DNA of 61,695 bases, counting the filler. It is 8 parts of 8 records of this genome, joined end to end, with 100 filler letters (N's around TTAATTAATTAA, not from the genome) between each part and the next. Parts side by side here need not be neighbours in the genome. Positions count along the whole stretch, not along the records: positions 32,972 to 43,613 come from SRR31147125_24537; positions 43,714 to 49,249 come from SRR31147125_24546; positions 49,350 to 54,718 come from SRR31147125_24549; 5 more parts are not named here. One strand, written 5' to 3'. Positions within the stretch are counted from its first letter, which is position 1, and every line of letters begins with the position of its first letter. Below, in pieces: positions 43,022 to 50,087 of this stretch. The notes under the pieces were generated by a model. That model was not told where the DNA came from. It did not search any database and saw nothing but the letters and a program-made list of their open reading frames with translations. The position numbers and the translations under genes were made by a program.

Positions 43022-43613
43022 ATGAATAGTAGAGAGAGAGTGCTGAAGACTTTTTGTAGAGATACTGTTGATAGAGTACCGTGTTGGTTTGGGGCGAGTG
43101 AGGAGTTTCTGGAGAAGATAAAGAGACATCTCGGCATGAGTGAGGAAGAGGTTCGGATCTTTTTGCGTGATGATTTCAGGGTAGTGCGGGGAGGCTGGAA
43201 AAAGGCGAGTAGGGAGAGTGGCTGGGTAGCGCCATTTCAGCTGGAGAGGTATGGTGTAGGATGCGGGTATACAGTAAGTCATCCGTTAGCTGAAGTGGAG
43301 TCGATAGCGGAGGTGGAGAAGTATCCTTTTGCAGATCCGGCAGCTTTTGATGCGGTTGCTGTGCTGGAAGAGGCAAAAAAATATAGTGACTTTGCGGTAA
43401 TGAGTGGAGCATGGGCTCCGTTCTGGCACGATGCGATTGATCTGGTCGGGCATGAGAATCTGTATTATCTTTTTTATGACTATCCTGAGGTAGCGCAGGC
43501 TTTATTCAACAGAATAACGGATTTCTATCTTGCGGTAAATGAGAAAATACTTGCGGCTGCAGCTGAGCATATTGATATTATTTTTATTGGTAATGACTTC
43601 GGGGCGCAGGCAG
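43022..43613 (+). CDS. URO-D family protein, truncated at contig end
   Basis: MNSRERVLKTF...DRVP, HPLAE, G.ENLY....PE and GNDFGAQ. Confidence 0.75.
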
Positions 43614-43713
43614 NNNNNNNNNNNNNNNNNNNNNNNNNNNNNNNNNNNNNNNNNNNNTTAATTAATTAANNNNNNNNNNNNNNNNNNNNNNNNNNNNNNN
43701 NNNNNNNNNNNNN

Positions 43714-44026
43714 AGTTGCCTTTGTAACCAAATGCTTTGAGTACAGTGGTAAAAACCCTGAATTGGTGCCCCTGTATGTTGATAAAGCTGAATTTGAAAA
43801 AGATGTAAACGGTGTTACAAAACTACGTAGTTACCTCCAACCTTTGGAGCAACAGTGCAATTCATTATCAGATACGATAATGGTTGCCGGTAGCGAGGCT
43901 TATATTTCTGCATTATCTATTTACAACGTTGTAAAAGATGCTGCCAAAAATGGAGTCCCCGGTGCACAAACCATTTACGACGATCTAAAGGGACGGTTCC
44001 CTGGAAGGCCAAAAAAGAATAGTTAA
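43714..44026 (+). CDS. Conserved hypothetical helical protein, C-terminal part
   Basis: Open from contig start; DTIMVAGSEAY..AL..Y..VK.AAK.GVPGA..IYDDL..RF pattern resembles a Bacteroidota hypothetical family. Confidence 0.6.
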
Positions 44027-44033
44027 ACCAATT

Positions 44034-44187
44034 AAAAGGTACCTCTGAGGTACCTTTTTTTATTTTAAGGAATTTAAATTGCAGTAAATAGGCTTCTTTT
44101 ACTACCTCAAAGCATTAAAAAAGTACCTCAGAGGTACCTTTTTAGTACCCAAAAGCATTGGAAAAGTACCTTTGAGGTACTTTTTTG
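44034..44187. repeat. Cluster of three GTACCT-core palindromes with roughly 21-bp phasing
   Basis: AAAAGGTACCTC-T-GAGGTACCTTTT (44034-44058); variants with cores at 44123 and 44166 (spacings 84 and 43 bp). Confidence 0.75.
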
Positions 44188-44276
44188 ATACTAATAGCTT
44201 GCAAATTTTAGTAACAAGCTACTTTTTAATACATCGAAGCTATTAATTAGTTTTTTAGGCAGATTTTAATCATTTA

Positions 44277-44320
44277 TAAACGTTTGTAAATATTTGTAAA
44301 CGTTTAGTACCGTTTGTAAT
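44277..44320. repeat. Four 10-bp direct repeats upstream of the cassette array
   Basis: TAAACGTTTG TAAATATTTG TAAACGTTTA GTACCGTTTG. Confidence 0.6.
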
Positions 44321-44437
44321 CGAATATATACTTGTATTCCAGAAGAATATTGGTTATTTTTCAAAAAAATTAGAATGTATATTTATCCACTAGTTAGTGG
44401 GCATTAAAGACAGACCTAACTGCAAAACAATAATATT

Positions 44438-44659
44438 ATGACAAAACGAATGGAAATTCCTGCAATTCACGACAAGGATTTGAGAATTATCCTTGAAAAA
44501 TATGGTTTAGCAGATAAAATTGATAAACAAGAATTGATTTGTTCCATGTGTGATAATTTAATCACATGGGATAACATTTCAGCAGTAAAGGTAAATGGAG
44601 ATGGCTTAGAAGTTTATTGTGATGACCCTGACTGTATCGAAAACGCTTCAAATAATTAG
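44438..44659 (+). CDS. Small putative zinc-binding protein (73 aa), cassette 1
   Basis: CSMC...CDDPDC cysteine pattern; ends 3 bp before the next ATG. Confidence 0.7.
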   Translation: MTKRMEIPAIHDKDLRIILEKYGLADKIDKQELICSMCDNLITWDNISAVKVNGDGLEVYCDDPDCIENASNN

Positions 44660-44662
44660 AAA

Positions 44663-46498
44663 ATGGAAAGTGAAATAATTAAAGAAGTTTTGAAAATCGG
44701 ATTATTCCCTGCGATTCTATTGGTTATCGTTATACTAATAGTACAAGACCCTGATAGAGCTGTTAAGCTCAAAGCTTTAATTACAGAACCATTATTCAAA
44801 TTTGGCAAATGGTTTTCCAAAGAACATATATCTTCAAAAGTTTCTTCTCACGTTAATGAATTCTTTAAGCGCAATTTATACACACTATTAACCAATTCGG
44901 AAAAGTATAATTTTAAAGTAAAATGGGTTTCCAAAACTAGTGACCCTTTATTAAAGGAGGACGGTACTCTAATCCTACGTCTTAAAGAAGATAGCGACCA
45001 AACGAAAAATATTATTTCTGCCGTTCAAGTTGCTTTACCACATGTAGTTTGCCCCTTGGTAAGAAATAACTTAAATACATCATTTGTTAAATCTGTTGAC
45101 CTTGCGGTTCTACAAAAGCTTTCTTATAAACTTGGGAAACATGGTCAAGCAATATTTAAAAAGTATTTCCTTGACCCAGAGACTGATGAAGATAAGACTA
45201 TTGGTGAATTAATTCGGGATTTATTTAAATTGGATAAGCATGGTTTTTTTGCACCGATTTTCCTTAATGAACTTGAGTTAATAGGAGAAGGTATTTATGC
45301 AAATAATGATTCTAACGATTATACTGCTGAGACTTTGGAATTTGTAAATTACCTTTTATCAATAGTTAATAGAGAAAGAGGTACAAATATTGAACTTAAT
45401 TATCTAAAGTCTCCGTTTAATGTTGGAACAATATTGTTAGCTAAAGCCCAGAGAGCAGACAATCAAGGTGTTCGTCCTTACTTAAAAAGGTTAAGAATAA
45501 AATTAGATAAAGGTTGTGAAAGTGTATATATTGTTTCATTTCCTCCTGCATTTCCATTCTTTGATAAACTGTTAAATACCCTTGAAAGCCACGAACGTGT
45601 TTTTATTAAAAATGTATTTAACACTAATGAGTACGAAGTTGAAAATTATGTTAAAACCACTAAGTTACGTATTGCTCTACTCAGAAAAAATGATATTTAT
45701 GTTGATGAGACATTTCAAAGTAAAATTGTAGCCAATGAAATTGAAGTTGGACAAAAGGTGACTGGAACTGTTGACCATATTTCTAAGAAAGAAACTTTGG
45801 TCAATGTATTAGGAATGAGAGCTTATATTAATAGAAAAGACTGTGATTGGAAAACAATTAAAGATTGTGGTGATGTTCTTGAAGTTGGAGAAGAGTATGA
45901 ATTTCAGGTAAAAAGCATTGAAAAATCATCAAGTACTATTCACTTAACCAAACGATTTGATTATGAAAATCCATGGTTATTAGATGAATTACCTAAGTTG
46001 AATGAAATTATTGAGGTAAACATTATTGATTATGATACGATTAAAATGACTTGTCAATATAACAACCAACTTGAAATTTACATTCCAAGTTCAGAATTAT
46101 CTTGGTTTATTCTATCAAATAACGCAAAAGATAAGTTGATAAACACAACTCAAAAGGTGAAGGTTATTGATGTAAATGAAGATGAACAAAAGATTTTTTG
46201 TAGTATTAAACAATTGGATGAAAATCCTTGGCCCGTAATTCATAAAAGTTTACCAAAAGGGACAGAGTTTAATGGGAAAGTTGTAGAAATAAATAAACAT
46301 TGGGTTGATGTTGGATTACCAAATGGATATAGAGGTAGAGTCCCTAAGGAATCTTTTAATAAAGCAGGATTTGAATATAAAAACTTTGAAGAAAACCTTG
46401 TAGTTGGACAGGGACTTGGTGTTTATGTGACAAAAGTTTTTATTGCTAAACAAAAGATTCGATTAGATTTAAAGAGAAATAGGAGTATTGCCCACTAA
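44663..46498 (+). CDS. Membrane-anchored protein with unknown central domain and three C-terminal S1 (OB-fold) domains, cassette 1
   Basis: N-terminal TM IGLFPAILLVIVILIV; S1 repeats EVGQKVTGTV..LEVGEEYEFQV, IYIPSSELSW..KVKVIDVN and LPKGTEFNGKVV..KIRLDLKR with ENPW linkers; stop codon lies inside the attC-like left end. Confidence 0.75.
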   Translation: MESEIIKEVLKIGLFPAILLVIVILIVQDPDRAVKLKALITEPLFKFGKWFSKEHISSKVSSHVNEFFKRNLYTLLTNSEKYNFKVKWVSKTSDPLLKEDGTLILRLKEDSDQTKNIISAVQVALPHVVCPLVRNNLNTSFVKSVDLAVLQKLSYKLGKHGQAIFKKYFLDPETDEDKTIGELIRDLFKLDKHGFFAPIFLNELELIGEGIYANNDSNDYTAETLEFVNYLLSIVNRERGTNIELNYLKSPFNVGTILLAKAQRADNQGVRPYLKRLRIKLDKGCESVYIVSFPPAFPFFDKLLNTLESHERVFIKNVFNTNEYEVENYVKTTKLRIALLRKNDIYVDETFQSKIVANEIEVGQKVTGTVDHISKKETLVNVLGMRAYINRKDCDWKTIKDCGDVLEVGEEYEFQVKSIEKSSSTIHLTKRFDYENPWLLDELPKLNEIIEVNIIDYDTIKMTCQYNNQLEIYIPSSELSWFILSNNAKDKLINTTQKVKVIDVNEDEQKIFCSIKQLDENPWPVIHKSLPKGTEFNGKVVEINKHWVDVGLPNGYRGRVPKESFNKAGFEYKNFEENLVVGQGLGVYVTKVFIAKQKIRLDLKRNRSIAH

Positions 46499-46623
46499 CA
46501 TCAAATATAAGTAAGCCGGGTTGATGTGGTTTGCGAAATTAACTACATTTACCCAACTTTGTAACGGTTTGATTGGCCAGTGGCAAAGAATCCCGGCCAA
46601 CTCATATTTGAAAACCGTTGGGT
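46493..46623 (+). repeat. attC-like recombination site 1 (131 bp)
   Basis: CACTAAC...GTTGGGT ends; paired arms TCAAATAT/ATATTTGA and GCCGGG/CCCGGC; internal GTAACGGT shared with site 2. Confidence 0.75.
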
Positions 46624-46648
46624 GTAATTTTGAGAAAACGAAGCCGAA

Positions 46649-46680
46649 CTTGAAACGTTTACCAAAAATTGGTAACTTTG
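46649..46680 (+). promoter_or_regulatory. Bacteroidota sigma-A promoter with overlapping operator palindrome for parDE
   Basis: CTTG, 20 bp, TAACTTTG (TAnnTTTG -7 consensus); TTACCAA-AAA-TTGGTAA at 46659-46675. Confidence 0.7.
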
Positions 46681-46696
46681 AATAAAGTTGTTTAAG

Positions 46697-46945
46697 ATGA
46701 AAAATACATCAATATCACTCGGAAATTATTTTGACAAATTCGTGCAAACTCAAGTATCTACTGGTCGATATAAAAATGTAAGCGAAGTCATTCGTGCAGG
46801 ACTTCGATTATTGGAAAATGAAGAAAGTAAAATAATCGCTTTGAAAAATGCAATTCAAGAAGGATTAAACAGTCCAAGAGTAGAAAACTTTGACTTTGAT
46901 GAGAATCTAAAAAAACTAAAAGCTGAAAAAAGAAAAAATGGCTAA
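46697..46945 (+). CDS. parD: ParD-family antitoxin (ribbon-helix-helix)
   Basis: NTSISLG..F..FV..QV.TGRY.NVSEVIRAGLRLLE..LKNAIQEGL.S. Confidence 0.9.
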   Translation: MKNTSISLGNYFDKFVQTQVSTGRYKNVSEVIRAGLRLLENEESKIIALKNAIQEGLNSPRVENFDFDENLKKLKAEKRKNG

Positions 46946-47237
46946 AGTTATCTTACGGCAAGAAGCCATTAACGATTTAAATGACATTTGGAATTATACT
47001 TTCGAACAATGGTCTGAAAATCAGGCAGACAAATATTATGCAATATTAAAATTTGCGTGCAAAGAAATTGGAGAAAACCCAGACCTTGGAAGAGAATATA
47101 CAGGAATTAAAAGAAATTTATTCGGATTCAAATCGGGAAAGCACATTATATTTTACCATATGATTTCAAAAGAAGAAATCGAAGTTATTAGAATATTGCA
47201 CGAAAGAATGGATTTAAAAAATAGATTGACTGAATAA
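46938..47237 (+). CDS. parE: ParE-family toxin
   Basis: A.NDLNDIWNYT.EQW...QADKYY; HIIFY; IEVIRILHERMD; overlaps parD by 8 bp. Confidence 0.9.
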   Translation: MAKVILRQEAINDLNDIWNYTFEQWSENQADKYYAILKFACKEIGENPDLGREYTGIKRNLFGFKSGKHIIFYHMISKEEIEVIRILHERMDLKNRLTE

Positions 47238-47245
47238 AAAACTAC

Positions 47246-47377
47246 ACCTAACATGGCTCATAAAATATTTGGGGTGAAATGGTTGTACTAGCATTCTGCC
47301 GTGCATCAAAGTTCGGTAACGGTGGATACGAACGCAGCCCGTTCACATAAATGATTTTAAGCCGACAAACGTTTAAC
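47246..47377 (+). repeat. attC-like recombination site 2 (132 bp)
   Basis: ACCTAAC (RYYYAAC)...GTT at 47371; paired arms GGCT/AGCC, TAAAAT/ATTTTA and GTGAA/TTCAC; internal GTAACGGT. Confidence 0.7.
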
Positions 47378-47418
47378 AAAAATTATAACTGTCAATCAAT
47401 AATTAAACTTATAAAACC

Positions 47419-47502
47419 ATGAAAAATCTAATAAGTATCTTTTTAATAATTACGTTTATCTCTTGCAACTCCAACAACGAAGCGACCAAAATCATTGCTT
47501 GA
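47419..47502 (+). pseudogene. Truncated lipoprotein remnant (possible broken third cassette)
   Basis: MKNLISIFLIITFISCNSNN lipobox signal, then stop after 27 aa; begins 48 bp after the site-2 GTT. Confidence 0.45.
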
Positions 47503-47576
47503 CTATTACGAAAAGAGAAAAGCCATTGAACCATTTGAAATTGTTGACATTTAAGAAGAAACAATTTCAATAAAAT

Positions 47577-47879
47577 ATGATTTACATTACCCAATTAATT
47601 TTTGTAAAAGAAGGCAAAGAAGAAACATTCCTGGAGTTTGAGAACCAAGCCATTCCCTTAATGGAGAAATACAATGGCAAAATTTTGTACAGACTTAGGC
47701 CTACAAAAGAAAATTATGTTTCTGCAGATGGGGAATTACCCTACGAAATTCATTTTATTTCGTTTAACACAGAGCAAGACCTGGCCGATTTTATGAAAGA
47801 TGATAGCCGGCTTCAATTTATTCATTTAAAAGAAGAGTTAGTAAAATCAATGCTGCTTGTAAAAGGAGAAAAAATTTAA
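47577..47879 (+). CDS. DUF1330-like small alpha/beta protein
   Basis: MIYITQLIFVKEGKE..F.EFE..AIPLMEKYNG.ILYR.RP...PYEIHFISF. Confidence 0.65.
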   Translation: MIYITQLIFVKEGKEETFLEFENQAIPLMEKYNGKILYRLRPTKENYVSADGELPYEIHFISFNTEQDLADFMKDDSRLQFIHLKEELVKSMLLVKGEKI

Positions 47880-47957
47880 AAGCTACCAAGGCAAAGAAAT
47901 AATGCGCCAAATTCAGATATTTACAAAATCTTAAAATGGATATACGAAAAATAGTAT

Positions 47958-48752
47958 ATGAACGATAAAATTGAATTACGAACTGTAAATACCATGCGCT
48001 ACATAACTCCGTTGCGCGAGGGAGGTTCGTTGCCTGCGTTGGCCGAGGCAGACGATGGATTTAAATACGTGCTGAAGTTCCGTGGTGCCGGACATGGCCC
48101 CAAAGCATTGATTGCCGAGTTGATAGGAGGGGAGATTGCACGATTGCTGGGTTTCCGCGTTCCCGAATTGGTTTTTATTAACCTCGACGAAGCCTTTGGC
48201 CGCAGCGAAGGAGATGAAGAAATACAGGACTTGATGAAAGCCAGCCAGGGATTAAACCTGGCACTGCATTTTTTATCAGGTGCCATAACCTTCGACCCGG
48301 TTGCCGTAAATATTGACGAAGAAACCGCTTCCAGACTGGTTTGGCTCGATGCCTTTATCACCAACATAGACAGAACGGTGAAGAACACCAATATGCTCAT
48401 GTGGAATCGCGACCTTTGGCTCATAGACCATGGCGGAGCCTTGTATTTTCACCATTCGTGGGATACCTGGGAAAAACATATGATAAGTCCGTTTGCTTTT
48501 ATAAAAGAACATGTGCTTATTCACAAAGCAAAGCACATGGAACGTGTTAACGAACAATTTAAAGAAATACTTAGCGATGATAAGCTAAAAGAAGTGGTAG
48601 CGTTAATTCCTGATTCCTGGCTTGAGTGGCAGGATGTGGAGTTGAATCCCGATGAGATTCGCGATATATACACACAGTTTTTAATAGGAAGAAAATCAAA
48701 TTCAGAAATCTTTACAAAAGAAGCTCAAGATGCACGGACAAAACTTATATGA
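47958..48752 (+). CDS. HipA-like kinase (PI3/4-kinase-like fold)
   Basis: REGGSLP P-loop, YVLKF, LIAEL, NIDRT..NTN and LIDHG kinase motifs. Confidence 0.8.
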   Translation: MNDKIELRTVNTMRYITPLREGGSLPALAEADDGFKYVLKFRGAGHGPKALIAELIGGEIARLLGFRVPELVFINLDEAFGRSEGDEEIQDLMKASQGLNLALHFLSGAITFDPVAVNIDEETASRLVWLDAFITNIDRTVKNTNMLMWNRDLWLIDHGGALYFHHSWDTWEKHMISPFAFIKEHVLIHKAKHMERVNEQFKEILSDDKLKEVVALIPDSWLEWQDVELNPDEIRDIYTQFLIGRKSNSEIFTKEAQDARTKLI

Positions 48753-49113
48753 ATACGCGGTAATTCGCATTGTCCCTCGCATAGAACGCGAAGAGTTTCT
48801 AAATGTGGGGGTAATAACATTTTGCAAGCGCCCTAAATATTTAAAAGTCCTCTACCACATTGATGCGGAAAAGATTTCCATGTTTTGCAAAGACATCGAC
48901 ATGGAATTAGTAGAACAAAACTTAAAAGCGTTCGAACACATCTGCAACGGCTCAAAAGAAGGAGGCGCTGTAGCCGGTTGGGATATCCCGGATCGGTTCC
49001 GTTGGCTAACGGCAGTGCGCAGTTCGCTAATACAAACATCAAGGCCCCACAACGGCTTCACCGACGACATGGAAAAAACCACCCAGTGCCTTTTTGAGGA
49101 GTTGGTGTTGTAA
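48730..49113 (+). CDS. DUF3037-domain protein
   Basis: YEYAVIRIVPRIEREEFLNVGVI; RFRWLTAVRSSLIQTS.PH.G; overlaps the kinase gene. Confidence 0.8.
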   Translation: MHGQNLYEYAVIRIVPRIEREEFLNVGVITFCKRPKYLKVLYHIDAEKISMFCKDIDMELVEQNLKAFEHICNGSKEGGAVAGWDIPDRFRWLTAVRSSLIQTSRPHNGFTDDMEKTTQCLFEELVL

Positions 49114-49220
49114 GGAATAGTCATTGTCCACGCAAAGGTCGCAGGGTTTGATTCCGAAAGTCTCAAGTTGCTTGCCGTCTGGACTTCTTTCGATGGTTGT
49201 CAGAAATAGCTCAGCCCGTT

Positions 49221-49243
49221 TGTCATCCTGAGCTTGTCGAAGG
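49221..49243. repeat. REP-like extragenic element at contig end
   Basis: TGTCATCCTGAGCTTGTCGAAGG resembles a multi-copy Bacteroidota extragenic repeat; the assembly breaks here. Confidence 0.5.
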
Positions 49244-49350
49244 GTGTTANNNNNNNNNNNNNNNNNNNNNNNNNNNNNNNNNNNNNNNNNNNNTTAATTA
49301 ATTAANNNNNNNNNNNNNNNNNNNNNNNNNNNNNNNNNNNNNNNNNNNNC

Positions 49351-49506
49351 TTTGGAATTTCCACCCCCCGCCAGGCTATGAATCTACTGGCAACCGCGAA
49401 ACGGGCATTTTCGAGAAATCTCCGCCTGGCTGTCGGGAAATATGTCGGTCAAGAGCAAGATATTGAAGCGGAGATAGCAGATCTTCGGAAAATTATTCAG
49501 CGTTAG
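49351..49506 (+). CDS. C-terminus of a probable ECF sigma factor of the kinase-associated type; missed by ORF track
   Basis: FGISTPRQAMNLLATAKRAFSRNLRLAVGKYV...DIEAEIADLRKII: sigma4 helix plus C-terminal extension. Confidence 0.55.
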   Translation, partial: FGISTPRQAMNLLATAKRAFSRNLRLAVGKYVGQEQDIEAEIADLRKIIQR

Positions 49507-49550
49507 GCGCAACATGGAGTTTCTCCGTAAGTAGTAGTTTACAGGTGCTC

Positions 49551-50062
49551 ATGATGATGCAAAAACAAAATCAAGCGAATGATAAGAGCAGGAATATCTT
49601 AAACGCTTTGCTGGATGTTAAGCACGACGCGAATATCCCGTGGTCGGCGGATGATTTGAAAACCATGTTGGAACACCAGCTGCGCACCCTTTTAAGCGAT
49701 GAAGTTGAGCGATTCAGCGAGTTGAGTCGAGAACCCTCGGAGCGGATTCTCAGCCGCCTTTCAGTTCACCCGCACCAGACTTTCCAAGATGTTTTGCAAC
49801 ACCCATCCCCATCTGTTGAAGTACTGCGCTGGCTGAAGGATTTTGCCAAGGCCGCGGTCGTCGACGGGATTGATCTTCCCAGGGATGTCGGGCGGGTACT
49901 CTATATCCTCGCGATACTGTGGGCCAGGGAGACAAACGGAGCCTGGATTACCTCAATGGCCCTGTCGATATCAAAGGCGAGGCCTATCGCTGTCTTACCT
50001 TTGGCTGGTTACCTGATGACGTTCAAAAAATGATGCGTGACTCGCTTCGATGTCTTTGCTGA
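49551..50062 (+). CDS. Hypothetical helical protein, probable frameshift near 49955
   Basis: ORF 49545-50033; an alternative frame continues ..EAYRCLTFGWLPDDVQKMMRDSL to TGA at 50062, just before the kinase. Confidence 0.55.
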
Positions 50063-50087
50063 GAGTTGACTTTTTTGTGAGAATTTT

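Larger units (their letters stand above)
44393..47377 (+). mobile_element. Integron-like gene-cassette array (two complete cassettes, no integrase in window)
   Basis: Cassette 1 starts GTTAGTGGGCA (44393) and ends TGCCCACTAAC (46489-46499), an 11/11 complement. Cassette 2 starts GTTGGGTGTA (46617) and ends TACACCTAAC (47243-47252), 9/10. Each is followed by a ~131-bp imperfect hairpin; all genes co-oriented. Confidence 0.75.

Noticed and set aside
36617-43613. URO-D-family genes as hemE (haem synthesis)
   Set aside because: Three divergent paralogues in a sugar locus, lacking the HemE W-x-MRQAGR motif and any hem neighbours.
44034-44187. Possible CRISPR array (palindromic repeats)
   Set aside because: Only three degenerate copies, unequal spacing, intervening sequences resemble each other, and no cas genes.
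44279-44395. Third attC-like hairpin upstream of cassette 1 (AAC..TAAATAT / ATATTTA..GTT)
   Set aside because: Only a 7-bp AT-only match, in a different register from the two real sites, with no inner stem or GTAACGGT motif; treated as attI-like instead.
44663-46498. Annotation as ribosomal protein S1 (rpsA)
   Set aside because: Only three divergent S1 repeats at the C-terminus, with an N-terminal TM helix, a long unrelated domain and a mobile-cassette context.
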